Under the pieces are notes generated by a model, which was given only the letters and a program-made list of their open reading frames with translations, was not told the DNA's origin and ran no database searches. 64,000 bases of DNA from Tricharina praecox. Lineage: Eukaryota. The stretch covers positions 1-64,000 of the forward strand of contig NW_026250413.1 in NCBI RefSeq assembly GCF_024521635.1, given 5' to 3'. Numbering within the stretch: position 1 is the stretch's first letter; every line of letters starts with the position of its first letter. Of the stretch, positions 35,640 through 49,789 are shown one piece after another. Both the position numbers and the translations under genes were made by a program.

Positions 35640-38600
35640 TTTTGTAGTGGAAATTGGGGATTCGGTTTTGAAGTGATTGTGGGGTGAGCGCAGCTCGGTG
35701 TCAATTAATGATAATGAATGTGGAAAGAACGGCTGGCCGTTGAAGAAAGAGGGAAAGAGCGAGGAAGAAAGAGAGTGATCTGATGTACCGAGTGGATGAG
35801 GAGAGAGACTTCGAGATATCGGAGCACATGGCCATACTTATACGGCCGTCCAGCAACTCCCCACGACTGCTATTCGAAGACACAGGCCGTTCCTCTGGCC
35901 CTGGAGTTTCATCCGCACATGGACTCTCGCCTCACGGTCCGCCGCGTGTACGCAGTTTATCCAGACGAGTGACCGCCTTGAATTCGATTCCGCCGACCAG
36001 ATCATCAGCACTACTGCTAGAAGGTAAAAGATAGATTGAATCCGAATGCGTGTATATTAAACCAACCCACTGAGTGCACCCCATGTGTATGTACCGCGCG
36101 CCATCACACCGTTGGTACCTGGGACCAAACTTGGTTTATTGGAAACGGGAGACGTTTGGAACTGCGGGCTAAGTGCGGGTAGGATTGCTTGTGACGGCCT
36201 GCAGTCCGTACCGGAACGCCACGCCCCCCTACGCCTGCGCTAATGGCGGCGGCATACCGGATCAATGGCAGCCGGGAGCAGAAGAACCCACATCCCCTCT
36301 CCAAATCTCCTAGACTGCGACGGGAGCTTCGATGCTGGAATGGTTGTAAATGCAGTCCCTTGTGGTCCACGGCCGTCTTGGGGATTGGATGTTCTGGAAA
36401 CAGGCATGGTAGTCCAGTAGGAAGGGAGATGGTCCATTTCTCCTCATAGATAAGAAAACAGCCCAGGGGTTGATCACTGAGCTTCGAGAACAATAATGAC
36501 ACCGGCGGCCGGGAAAAGCAGCTGCAAATGCCTTTCCCGCCACCGCCCTGCTCTGTGGAAAGGAGAAAGACAATCCCAACAGGTCGGAGCCCGTGCGTAC
36601 CGGGAAAAGGCAGAGAAATTAAAGGCTTCTGCATGCCATCGAGCCGACCAAGCGAGTAAAGTAGGTATAGCATCCAACCCCTACAGGCGGAAAAAGTGTA
36701 ACCCCGACCCAGGTTCTTCGTTCGGGCGCCTCCCTAGACGCTTACTGGCGGGTGATGTCAACATGCAGCGGTTTCGCCAACAGAGTGGATTCGGTAATCA
36801 TGCTTCCCCCTTTTGGTCGCACCTTATTCCTTCCCGCTGTCCCTTCGAACGTAGTTACTAGGAAGGCAGTGTTGACTTCGGGACCAATGCGCACTTGATG
36901 TAATTCTCCGAATGGTCCCCTGTCATTGCAGCGCCGCGGGTTGCGATGGGTGTCTTGGGTACCTGTCGTTCTGCGGTACTTTGGCCTGCATGGGCTTCGA
37001 TAGCGCACTAGATACTCCGAATCTCGTCGGGAAACTCTATCAACCTTCGTTTCTGGAAGTCTTCCGAGTTCTTGGCCGTTGCGGGGGCTGATTACTCGGA
37101 TTCAACTCTCGGGACCGAATCGTTTCCGCACGTCCGGATGTCTTTCCGGGTAGGTAGCCCTCCGTTGGCGAGTAAGACGGACGAGCCGGACTGAGTGATG
37201 CTTCAAGATATACCTTATATTAATCCGAGCCGAAAGCGGCCCGGATCTCAATCCGCCGAGTAAAAACGTCGGCCACGGCGAAGGTTTCCGTACGACTACT
37301 CTGGGGGTGAGAAGTCTGATGGAAGCGCCGGTAGAGAGATAACGTCGAGAAGCAGCTGTCCAAAGCCGTACAGGGTGTCGTGCAGGCGATGTGGGAGAGT
37401 ACTGTCGTGTGAGTGTCTGCCTCCGCACCCAGTCAACGTCGTTCACGGCGAAGATTACATATCGGTCGCGGAAAATAAAGGGACAACAAACCACTTGTGT
37501 CGTTGCAGGGCCTTATCCGGTGAGACATGTAGGCGCTCGGATCGGTTGCGGGAAGGACACCATGCCGGTCGGGAGCGGACTCCTAGTGGCCGCCAACTCC
37601 GAGACAAAACCGGCTGTCGAGGTCAGATTCTCTCCATGGTTCCCATATTCGCCCGTGTATCTGCCCGTATTCTCCGTATCGTGTACCGAATATCCGGATT
37701 TGCTGAGGTCGATGTCGCGCTGTGGAAAGTTGTCGGCGCTCATTTCGGGATCCCTTCATCAACGGTACACCGATAGCGAGCGCCAGACGTCGTGGGGGTC
37801 GTGAGAGGGCCCGACCGTGATGAATGGCGAGGGCCTCCTCTTAAGCTGGTACAGCGCGGCACACTTTTCGAGCCAATTTCTTTCGCGGCCTCCGCAATGT
37901 CTTCCGTTAATATCGGCGTTCGGGATGTTTCCCGGGCATCCGACAGCCCGATCACTATCGGCGCCACAGAAGTGCCCGCCACACCCCCGCCACACCCATA
38001 CGATGCAGTCTCCCGAAAGCTGGCTACGTAACTGCTAAACTAGGAATCGGAACAGAAGTGATACATGTAGAGTACGTGGTTTCGCTATCGAAGACTGGAA
38101 CCTGCCAGTCGAGAGCGCTCAGTGACATTCTCACTCGTCATCGTGTGTCTTCGTTTGCAATGATTGCCACTCCCACACTCTTGCTCTGGGTATCACGCTT
38201 CACGCGAGCGATCGTTGCTTGATTGCAAACCCCCGATCTTACAGCCCAAGTACTTTCGTGCCCATCCGGATTGCGAGGGACATCGTTGATCTCCCCAAGT
38301 TGCGTTGTTTGCTACCAGTGAAATGTCATTGCCGGCCTGATCGCTCCATGGGTTGCGCATCGCAAGACTGTCCGGTAGGGTGGCTCTGCTGCACGCTGTT
38401 TGTGCCTCCTGTACAGAGGAGAGCGCTCACGATGCGTTCCTCTTCGCAGTGTCGGTGGCGATCGATGCACTCCGAGTTCGACTCGACGGCATGGTTCTCT
38501 GCGTAGAACCGAGTTCGCCTCCCCATTCTGCAGTCGATCGGGCCCCATCATGACGGGAGCTCACCATCGTAGTCGATACGAGCAGTGACATTGATGGGAT

Positions 38601-39179
38601 GAATCACGATTGAGCGCATGTAGCAAACCACATTGGGAAAATCCACATCCATGCACTGTCACTCGTGCGCTTGGAACTCTCATGCACGGTATTGAGGTTG
38701 CACATGCGCTCGTATTGAGGGGACCTGGAGGGTCGATCAGGCCCGTGGCAACCAGTTGTCTTTTGAAGTGATCGTTGCCATCGTCGTCGAGCCGACCTGA
38801 TGCGGTCGGCCCAACGTTCTGTTTTCGCCGCCCACCCTTATTTAAAGGGGGTCGTCGTCCTGTTTTCGTTCTCTTCTCTACATCTATCTCCTACTCACTT
38901 TTCTGTCGGTCGTCATTCTGCGATTGGGTTTGATCTTTTCTTATTTTCTGTGTCGCGATCTCTTCAATTGTCTCGAGTTTCCTGCTGATGGTGCGCTCTC
39001 TTACATCGACTCTTTTCTCTTTCTCAACCACCCTCTGTTTCGGGGCTTCTCGGTATACAACCACTGCTCGACCCTCCCTTCCTCCCTCCCCCCTCTGCTG
39101 GTTGCAAACTACACAGAAACTCGACAGTCTAACTATCCTCCGAATCCTCCGAATCCCAGCTTCAAGGTCGTTTTCCAGC

Positions 39180-40020
39180 TTCAATTCCTCGAACGTAAGT
39201 TATGCGTGTCCTTCTACTGTTCCTCCCCCCGACTTCTTAGGATGGTGACTATGGATTTCAGTTCGACGTCTGCTACTCACCTAGCATGACACTGTTGAAA
39301 AATCAATATCTGAAGAAGACCGACTTGCACTGATTTCCCTAAGGAAATCTGTCGAGAGAAACTCACTAATACGTGCATCTTCGGCGCCAGGTCTTCAAGG
39401 TCAGCACCAATCTCCATTGCTCGAAAAGAAGTAAGTTGTCCTCCATCAGCATTGAAGTTCCCCACCATACGTACCTCTAAAGATGCTCTCAAATAAAATG
39501 TTGTTTGGAAGTCATGTGAGCATACACGCCTGACACTGTGAAAAACTATTCCTGAAGAGGAACTTACTTCTACTGATTTCCTTTTCCATCTGGTCGAGAG
39601 AAACTCGTTAACAAATGCATCTTCAGTTCGTCTCCAACCTCCGAGTAACTCGTTTCCTCACGTAAGTTGTGCGTGTTCTTCTCCTGTTCCTTCCCCCGAC
39701 TTTTTAGGATGGTGATACGCATGTCCCTGTGGCGGAGTGTGGATTTGGTATCGGTGAGAGGAGGAAGTGAAGGAGGACTCCGGTCGGCAGGAGAAAATGA
39801 ATGTGGTTAGTAGTGCGTATCAACGTTGGCGGGCATGGCGGGGTCGACCAACTGGGTCTCGCGCGGTTTCTTGTTCTGATTCTTCGTTCTTGATCATCAT
39901 CTACCAAATAGACGGCCAACCCCTCATCTCCAATCTCTCCTCTGTGTGCGCTCCCTTCCCCGTCCGAAGCCCTGTCGGCCTGGAGGGGCATTGGCAAAGA
40001 GCCCTCGCAAAACCCCCTCT
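39180..40020. repeat. Dispersed repeat family 2, copy 2 (internally duplicated)
   Basis: Homologous to 24770-25450. Internal duplication: TCCCCCGACTTYTTAGGATGGTGA at ~39225 and ~39693, GTCGAGAGAAACTC at ~39351 and ~39593. Confidence 0.75.
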
Positions 40021-42952
40021 GATGTCTACTACTCAAGTAGCTTGGCAGTGTCGAAAGAGCAAGATCCGAAGAGGACAACTGGCACGTACTATCTACTTGT
40101 TCGCACCATTCGGAGAGAAAGCTACCAATAATGTTCCAGCAAGCACCTTGCCCGATCGAACGGACCATGGACAGACAGCCATGCGTGGTATCTTTCGGTC
40201 TCATATTTGCCGGAACGTGCAGAGTTTCCGAAGGCTTTGCTCACTGGAGCCGCAGTGGCCAACGACTACCGAAGGCGAGCGAACAATTCCCGTTCGATGT
40301 GATTCAACGTACGAAATGATGACTTTGCGATTCTCGCTGCAGATCTCACGAGTCACGATTCCTGCTGCGTTGAAGGCCACTCGCGTCGGCTCGGCCCTCG
40401 GCCTCTGCGAAGGGCATCGCCTTGGATGTCGCAGCCGTCGCGGCGGTTGGGTGGGATGTGGAATGTGGGCGTCTGTGGATGTGAATTCACTCACTTAATC
40501 TCACTCGGCTTCGAGATAAGTTCCGAATATAATCTTGATTTTGGGCCGTAAACGGAATCGCAACTTGCGCATTACCCAATGGCAGTACGTGTGGATGAAG
40601 ACTTGGATCGATATCCAATACCATTATATCAGTCATCTACTGACTTCCTTGCCAGCTACTTTGGTTTAATCCTAGATGTAGATACTGCTAGAGCTTCGGA
40701 CACCGGTGGGATGAGAACGTAAAGGCGCCCAGATGCTTGGATCTTCGGTGGCCGATTTCTTCATTGAGACTGTATGTGACTGCAACACTCTACTAGTAGG
40801 ATCATTTCTCTCTGGCTTCCTCCGTGCCAAACGCTTCTCTGGGCGAGCTGGAGTATGTAGGCCATGATCTACGAAAGTTCTGCATCTCCGTTCTCCGCCC
40901 CGTCCGACAACGAGAGTCGAGACCATCGCCATGTCCTGTTCCCCCACGGGTGCGATGCACCTCTTGAATCTTCTCGTAGTAATACTTCGGACGTTGACTA
41001 GGTAGCAAACATCCAGACAATCCCTCTCTCTCTCTCTCTCTCTGTCCCGCCTCGTATTCTCGTATTCTCGTAACAGGTGCAAGACACCCGGCCCGATCCA
41101 TCATCCCGCGGAGTTTCGACCTAGTAGCAGAGCTGGTGGCGGCAATCGTGATCTCAAGGTGGGGGTTGGAAGTTAGAGCCGGTAATGCCGCTGCAGTGCG
41201 CGGCCAATAAGGAATGGCCATCCTCGCGCGGTGCTTTGGTCGGGCTGCAGCCACTGGTATGTGGATGGGTGTATTCACGACACGGTGCCGCCTGTAGGAT
41301 GCTCTGCAGATGACTCGGAGAGAGATCACCACTACAGGTTGTACCTATGGGGGCCAGAACAAGCCAACCATAGAGTCTTGACTCGTCCTGTAGATCGTAA
41401 CTCGGGAATCTCGGTCCCAAGACGCATCAGCAGCAGCAGGCGAAGACCTGAATGAGAATGGTGAAAACCTGGGGCTTTAGCACGAGCGCGGTTATCCAGC
41501 GTGCAGCGAATAGCGAATATTGCAGAGAGGGAATGAGTGGAAGCAGTCTCGGGGAGACTCGAGAGGGCAGTGTAGGAATAGGATCGTGTACGGCGGAGGT
41601 ACCTATGAGCCCTTACAGACGGGGAAGGCGGTCGGCCATTGACATCGCCATCAGCGGGTGGTAGTGCTAAGTGGGTGTATAAGAGCCGAAAGGGGGATGG
41701 AGAACGGAGAGGAGAGGTCGCCGTTATGATAGGCGCTGGGATAGTGGGCGATCCGTTTCTTTTACTTGGAGTTCGCGCAAGCCGGCACGGCAGAGCTGCA
41801 TGCTTCTAAGCCGGCTCGGTGCCACTTGAGTCGGCCGGGTAGGTCGGGCCAGATGGTGTATTCGGTGACAAGAGACTTGGAGCATTCAATCGATTCTGGT
41901 GTCTACTATCATAGGAGCCGGTAGTTAGCCCCCTCGACTACACAAGAGAAGGCTATGAAAACGTTGGATGTACGTTTCTCGATCGGGCCGTCGATCCATG
42001 GCGACATTGACCAATGCACTGGAAAGTGGACACCAGATGCTCTGTTCACATCGCAGCTTCGGCGTACTGCAGTGCAGTTTCCTAGATACATAGTCCGACG
42101 TATCCCCACCTCGGCACGGCGACATCGGCGTCCCCATTGCCGACCATAGATATCATGGCATATCTCCGTGCCGCATGGGTCGCGTGCGGGATTCCCACGT
42201 GCACCTACTATCGACTATCGCGGAAAGCCCATGGAACTCCCATGGACGACCCACGGGGCCACAGCTTCTTTCCACTCATAGGTGGAAAAGTTCCTTCTCG
42301 CTTTCACCGGCACCGTGGCACAAACAAGCCTTCGTGTCACCGCTGTGTGATGCACTGTACTTGGGCGTGCATAGGGCCCGAGTGCGGGGAATCAAGCTTC
42401 ACATGCGTGCAGGAACGAGGGAGATCAGGGGCTGCGGATGGACTGTGCGTGCCGGCGGCACTGTCGGTGCGGCACTGGGGGAGAGTGAAAGTGGTATCGA
42501 ATCTCGATTGACCAACGCCGCAGCCATAGCCGCCTCTATTGCGCGGCCAACACACGTGGAATGGCCGTGCAAGCATTCGATATATTCGCCACTATACACC
42601 CGACCTCGGAACTCTACCACCAGCAGAAATGGTTGCAGGCTTGCTAGAGATCCATGAGCCTTCGGCTCCGCGTTACAGCCAAGCCGTGTAGATTGGATAT
42701 CGTTCTACGGGCCTATGGCTCCGCAGGATAACTTACCACTGCGCGGACTGGCTGTGTGTTCTTCGATTGTGGTCGGTATTCCTGTGCTGGGATCGATTGT
42801 CGTCTATCGACGAGAAGGATAAGAGAAGGGTATATAGCCTCCCCGCTGCCCGGGAGTTTTGTTTCCCAACCGGTAACAGCGTCTTTGCACAGTACCGGCC
42901 CTTTTCTTCTGTTTTATACACACTCGTTCCAGTTCCCAACATCGCAACGACA

Positions 42953-43910
42953 ATGCTCGGCCAACTCATCATCCTTGTCACCGCCTTTGCGGCCACCGTC
43001 TCCGCGACGCCGCAGATGCCCGAGCTCCCCGAATGGTTAGTCCCTTTGCTTTACGAGACTCAACTCGACTGACTCGTCCAATATAGTGCAACCACCTGCG
43101 TGATCCCAGCGATCCTAGCGTCGGGCTGCGGCTTCAGCGGTGGTTAACCTGTTCCCCGATTCGCTTCCCGCTCGCACACACCTGACACATTATACCTGTA
43201 GACCCGGCCTGCCTCTGCATCGATGCAGGCCTGAAGCAGGCAACTACCACCTGCCTGCCCTCGACCTGCCCGGAATCCGATCTACCAACCATCTACGACT
43301 TCGTCAACAGCATATGCGAGGGCCAACCGGGATCCCCCATCGGCGGCGATGCCGCCACGTCCACGCCCCCGGCGACTAGCCGCAGCCCCACCTCCGCACC
43401 GCAGCCTCCCGTGCTCGCTCCTTCCCCACCAACACCACCACCCAAGCCCACCGCCGCCGCGCCTGTGCCCGAAAGCGGGATCACACGCACGCCGGTCGAA
43501 GAGCACGCCGGCCACCCAACCGTGAACCCGTTCCCGTCCCCGCCACCGGCGGTGGTGCCGTCAAAGCCCCCTCCCCCTGCCGCCGCCAGTCACAGTCCCA
43601 GCCCATACCCATCCTCGCCCGCGCCCCCGGCGACCCCATCGAAGCCCTCGACCACCACAGCGAGCGCCTACCCGCCCGCACCACCCACGTCCGGAAACTC
43701 TACGTACGTATCATAGTCCCGAATCCCAAGCCACATGTCCATGTCCATGTCCTCCTTCGACTCACTCGACTAACCAACGCTTCGATGTGCAGCACGACGA
43801 AGCTCTCGGCTCCCGTCGAGACGTATATAGGTGCTGCTGGCGCACTGGGAGTGCCCGCGGCGGTGGTGGTGGTGGTGTATGTACTGGCGGCTGTGGCGGT
43901 TGTGTTCTAG
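42953..43910 (+). CDS. CFEM-domain, Pro/Ser/Thr-rich, GPI-anchored cell-surface protein; 4 exons
   Basis: Signal peptide MLGQLIILVTAFAATVSA. Spliced CFEM pattern LPECATTC...SGC...DPACLC...TTCLPSTC...NSIC. Pro-rich stalk. Last exon ends GAAGALGVPAAVVVVVYVLAAVAVVF* (GPI signal). Confidence 0.88.
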
Positions 43911-44373
43911 GCCGACAGTGCAACTCTGCGGATAGTTTCGGATTTTGGGGTGAATATAAAGTGGTTTAATGGTAGTTTGCCCGGTGCCAGAGTGCGTGCT
44001 GTGGTCAGAGGAAAAGAAACAAATGGATTCGCATTCGACACCTGAGCTCCGTTCTGCTCGCTTTACGCTGTGATGCTTCAGCGTACATAACTTGGGCGTT
44101 GCTCGAGCGTGTTCACCTCACCCACTAGAGTTAACCCGAGAGCACCCCTGGGGAAGCTGGTTCCAGTATCTACGATCAGCTCCGAACACCACTACGAGTT
44201 TGTTTCGTCGCTGCTGGGTGAATACTGTATGTAGTTTGTGCGGGTATAATGGCGGCGCTGAGAAATTCCGGTTGGATAGACAGGACGTAGTTGACATTGT
44301 AATACGTATTTGGGCATGTTTCGACCGAGCTCCCTCCTGCCCTCTTGCCCCCTTGCCCTCCACACTCCCACAC

Positions 44374-45977
44374 CTACTCCGCCTCCGGTTTCCTACCATA
44401 AACATGCCACCTGTCCAGCACAGTCCCATTAGCAACCCATCACACCCATCACACCCATCACACCCATCACACCGCATCACAACCCATCTAGGTGGGGCCG
44501 TTCTATTCCACTTACATAACCTGATAAGCATGGACCTTCCTCCCCTCCACATCCTTATGGGCAGCCTTACACAGCTCGAGGACCTCCTCAGAGGTCATTC
44601 CGAGATACCTCGTCATCGGCGCCATCGCGTAGGCCTCCAGGCCCGTAGCACTATTCAGCGCCACGATGAACCCCGCCCGCTTCATTTCCGCGTTCTTGGG
44701 CCAGCCGCCCCAGGGCATTTTGAAGGGTTTCGTCTGTCTCTGTCAGCAGTCGTAAAGGGACGGGGAAGTGAGGGGGTAAGTACAACGACGTCGACGAACC
44801 CCGCCGCCTCGACCATGGACTTCAGCAGCGAGCCTGTGGGCTGGATCAGGTCCACGCCTACGCCTGAGATCGCCTCCACGAAGTTGGCGAAGTAACGCTC
44901 CAGTGCGGACCCTGCGAATGTGCCGTCGTCTGAGTGTAATGCCGTCTCGACTTCGGCTAGTTCGATAAAGCCACCGGGTTTCGTGTGGCTGGGGGGGAGG
45001 GGGGTTAGCGGGGAGGGAGGGGGGAGGGAGCGAGGGAGGGGGGCAGCGACGAACCGGTACATCTGCCGTAGGTATTTGGGCCAGTCACGGATACTCTGTG
45101 CGATGTTGCGCGAGTGGACGAAGTCGAAGCGGTCCTGTTCGAGGAGTCAGCCAGTCCGCGGTCACTGCCGGTGGTCGGAGTGGGGGCATGGCTGCGGTGG
45201 TGTGTATGCAGGTAGTACATACCTCTTGGAACGTCCAATCCCTTTCGAGATCGTCGACCTCGAAGCGGACATTTGGCACGACCCAGTTCGGCTGGATGGG
45301 GCTCAGATCGACGCCGATGACCTCGGCGGACGGGAACATCTCGCCGACATCCAGCGCCCAGATGCCGGTGCCGGTGCCGCAGTCGAGGATGTGCTGCGGC
45401 TTGTTGGCGATCGGGGCGACGAACAGCGCGCCGCGCAACGTGAGCAGTTGCAGGTGGTGGTACATATCTAGGCTGTTTTTTCACGGGACGTTTAGCTGGG
45501 GGGAAGGGCCATGACGGCAATTGGAGTAACGCACCGGTCTTGCTCCTTCTCGTCGTTCGGAAGCAGGTACTTGCCCTCCTGCAGCCGGTGGTAGCGCCGC
45601 CCATTCTCGTAGACGTAGTCGACTATCGATGAAGTTATGCTCTGCGTCGAACTCTCCCTACGCACGGTGGGTCTCAGTCGGCGCACGTAGCGTTACAGCC
45701 GTCGCCCGTAGATAGGGATGTATGTAGGTACATACAGGCTGGTGGAGTATTCCAAAGAAGTTTCTAAGTCGACTTCCAGCTACAATCCGTGAGCCCATTG
45801 AACGCCAGCGGGGGGGCAAGGAGAACTTACGGAGGGCTGATCGATCACTGCCGCTGCTGCTGGTGCTGCCATGTTTCCTGCGTGTTTCACGGTGGGTGTC
45901 CGACTGTAGTCTGTCGGGCTGGCGGGGGAGGGATCGTATGTAGTTCGTTCGGCTTCCGGGGATACCGACGGCGACAT
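44374..45977 (-). CDS. LaeA-like (TAM-type) SAM-dependent methyltransferase, multi-exon
   Basis: Motifs YENGRRYH, YLLPNDEKEQDR, ILDCGTGTGIWA, IGVDLSPIQP, FEVDD, PGGFIELAE, MPWGGWPK, HVYGRKP. TATAAATA about 45 bp upstream of ATG 45977. The start codon could instead be the Met at ~45872. Confidence 0.9.
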
Positions 45978-48648
45978 GTGGGACGCAGTCAAAGCGTCAA
46001 AGCACACGGCGGCAACATCGTATTTATAGGGGAGGGGGGCATAGTTGGTCCCTGACTCTCGCGCAACGTTGTGGGCATCCACACTCGCACCTGCCTAACG
46101 GACAGGCGAGAACAGTGGGAGACCCGCGACAGGCAGGTGGGCAGGTACGCCGAAAGTACTTACATGTACACACCGCTTACCTACTCCGGCCAATACTGAC
46201 GGTATGTATTCTACTCTACTTTGTCCCGGTCCGCTACCACTACTCTATATGTAGCAGCCCCCAGCTTGGCTCACTCGCGTGCTGCGGCAGTGCCCAGTGC
46301 CGGCTTCCGCTCCTCACCTGTTCCCAGGCTGGCGGCTAATGTGCGCGATTGCGATTGCGACTGCCGACACGAGCGACCGCCGACATCTGCAGTCATAGTG
46401 GAGTAGAGTTGGCGGGAGACGGGCTCAGGCTTAGGCTTCAGCTGTTATTGCTATCTTCAAGTGGCCGAGCAGTCGCGCTCGTTGCGCGCGCAAAGTCCGG
46501 CTTGCGAGTAGGTATGTAAACGTGGCTCTGCGAACCATTAATTACCGCGGCAGCTGAGTACTGAAGTATGTATTGTACCTGGTAATTCTTCCGCTCGCAT
46601 TGATGTGCTCGCAGTGGCAGGCATAATACATGCACTCGGGTGTAAGGGTAAGTGGTGCCTCACTTTGCACTTATAATCCGTAATGGTGGTGAGGCACAAC
46701 CTATCGACTGTTCCCGGTACCTCTTCTACACCTAATCTATCCTCTATCACTCTTCCGGCGGGGGGCCAGGCTTTCCATAACCACAGCCGATCACTCGTTG
46801 ATTTCCGATCACTTGATGATTCGATTCGGACCATTCGTTCATTTGATCACCGCAGTCAGCGATGCCCCACGTTGGTTGCTAAGACGAGAGAGGGTCGCAT
46901 CCAAGACTGAACTGAAGATAATCGAGGTTGAACGTTGTCCAGTGCCACCGTGTAGCTCGTAACCGACGTATGGTATTGCCACCAATCATTGCACCAATCC
47001 GGGTCCGATTTACCATCGCACCGCCACCGGCAGGACCTGTCACCTGTGCTATCCATTCCTATATTTCTTGGTGTCACAAGTCATGACTGCCTGCTATAAG
47101 CCAGCTCTCGACCGCCTCCACTGGCCTTTCCTATATTAATCCGCCCCGGCGGCCACTAATGCGAGTGACTCGCGGTGCGGCACGTTGCATTACTGGCATA
47201 TAGTAGATCCCAGGTCCTCATTGGCACCTGAAAATATAGTAGGTACTGCATCTTGCCTTCCTAGTGCCGGCCTCATTTTCCATCTCCTGCTTCGGATCTC
47301 ACTCGGTGCGTATTTTCGACAACTGTAGTTATTGGGTTGCATGCGACCCTTGGTGTCGCTATGCCGCCGGCGCCAACTGCCCAGGCCGCTTGTATCGTCC
47401 TCGATGGGCCCCAAGCATCTGAGCTGCAAACGTAGAATTGCAGTGTGATCGCTACGATCTCAGAATAGCAGCCATCACGCCTCAAACCGTGGATCACGTC
47501 GTACCTAATGCGCAGCCCTAGGAGTCGGCTTCCGTCGGCGCCAGAGTCGTGTGGATACGTGCGCTCTCCTAACTACCGCTGGACCGTGGTGCCCTTTGCC
47601 GATTCGCTTTAGGCTTTAGATCAGAGACCTGACCTATCCATGATCGTTACCGGCACCCGTATTGGTCGGAGAACCGGGACTCGTCCAGTGTCTCGGCCAC
47701 AAGCGGCACATAATCAACGTCGAACAAGCCGCGTCATCCATGATGTTCATGTGCGTGCTCACTCGCGCGAGGCGGACGAACTTCGAAGCATGTAAGGTGG
47801 GGGGTTGCATCGGTGTTGAGTTTCACGGAGTCGGCGTGAAGGATTCGATTTTTGTATTACTTTTCCAACAGAGAGGGCGCCGGCGATCTATATATTGTAT
47901 AGGTACTCTCTACCTCCATGAACGATCCACGTATGATACATACCAATAGTGCTGGTTTTAAGGGTGGGCTTCGGAACTACTTCCAACAACCGGGGATGGA
48001 TATACCACCCGAGAGGGCTGACGAGCGGAGAGGGCTGGGCGGAGAGCGATATGGAACCGGTATATATCGAGCTCGCGGCCAGAGGTCGGTGACAGCTGGG
48101 TGGAAAAGGAAATGTAATCTGCCATGATCTACTAAGCTCGAATGCAATGATGATTAAACCAAAAAAGGATGCCCCACTCGATGCGCAGGGAGATCATGTT
48201 GTGCCTGGCGAGACGTTCGTTCGGCATATATCCGTATCGTATCGGCTACCTGAGGCGTGGCCTACGATGCCAAGTGGCGGCTGGCCGACGACTGCAGGCT
48301 GCGGGGTCAGGGTCAGGGTCAGGGGTGTCTCTCCGCCTCGCCTTCCCGCAGCAAGTTCCACAGCGTATCGACGTTCTAATGCGTTGACGATGATTGGGCG
48401 CCTTAACCACTCGCCGATCGCAATCGCCCCGTCCGGCGCACTATGATGCCCAGTCCGTATGTCATCACCCTGTCGCCGCATGCAAGCCCCGCAGCTGATG
48501 ATCACGAGAAGTGCGGGGTACGTCGTGCAGGCTGCCGCCGTTGCTGGCCGATAAATAGACGGTTCTCCCCGCGCGCTGCAAGAGACATCCATCCATCGAT
48601 AACCTGCCCCCGCAAACCCATCCATCAATCCGAAAACCCATCACCGCA

Positions 48649-49316
48649 ATGACCGAATTCACCAAAGTCATGTCCGTCCCCATCCTCCCGGGCCTCAAGG
48701 GCACCGGCGAGCACGACCACTGCCCCGCAAGTGCCAACCACGGACTCCCGGGAGCATGGTGGGGCATCCACGTCGAGGACCCGACCAAGAGCACCATGTT
48801 CGTCAGTACGTACCCCTCCTTCCGCTCACCCCCCCACCCCCGCCAACATGCATCCCAGACTACGAGACACCGGATGCGTACGCCGCGTTCCAGCGCTCCG
48901 CCACGTGCTGCCCGGAGCTGCAGAAGGCGGTCTCAGTCCCGCACGAGGCAACGTTCGACGCGATCCTCTCTCCGCCGGCGGGCAAGGTCCTGGGCGCAGC
49001 GCCGATCATCGAGGTGGCGAAGTTGCAGCTGAAGGCGGGCGTGACTCGCGAGGCGTGGCTGGCACAGATGGTGCTCATGCAGAAGCTGCTGGATGCGATT
49101 GACGCATGCAAGGGCTATGCGGCTGGGTTCGTGGAGGGGAACGATGACTACCTCATTCTCGTGGGATGGGACACTGTTGAGTCGCACACCGAGTGGATGA
49201 AAGGGGAGAAGGCGACCCCTGGTTCGCCGGTTCATGACTTTGGAGCTATGATTGAAACCTCCGAGATGCATCATATCGCGATCAGAGAGGTCATGCCCGG
49301 TGCGAGCAGGCACTAG
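48649..49316 (+). CDS. ABM / dimeric alpha-beta barrel protein (putative monooxygenase); intron ~48806-48858
   Basis: WGIHVEDP...(intron)...YETPDAYAAF and second-repeat motif LVGWDTVESH, typical of fungal tandem ABM-fold proteins. Confidence 0.75.
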
Positions 49317-49789
49317 GTGTGAGGATGGCAACGTGGGGGGGAAGGATAACGGATTATGATACCAATCGATACCTCTCGTCTTGATGATTTTCTCCGCGTG
49401 AACTGGTGATCGGAACATGGAGGGTACTAGAAGTGATGGCTGATGGTTTTAAATCTCGGTAAAGGAAGTTAGATGAAGACACGTTATGGGATGTACTTGC
49501 GTGCCAACATGTTGGAGGGCCCAAGTCCCCCATTCCGTGAGATTAGCCCGCGGCCGAAACCTCCCATCCCGTACAGTCATCCCCGGGGCAAAAAAAGAAC
49601 GAAAAAACGCCTCCGTCCAGGCAGCGTGATGAAAGGAACAGCTTTATTTCGAGATCGGTTGGTGCGTGCCCGCCGGGGTGCTGTAGATATTCGGCAACTA
49701 CTCCAGCCACAGCCACACACATTCTGTGATGTTCTTTGTGAAGACGGGAGTGAACGGCGCACGCCGTCCGACCAAAAAGTTTTGATTAT

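Noticed and set aside
36100-38600. Several short ORFs, possible decayed gene
   Set aside because: No recognisable motif or consistent reading frame.
42953-49316. Secondary-metabolite cluster (methyltransferase, ABM protein, distant P450)
   Set aside because: No backbone synthase in the window, and the genes are separated by repeats.
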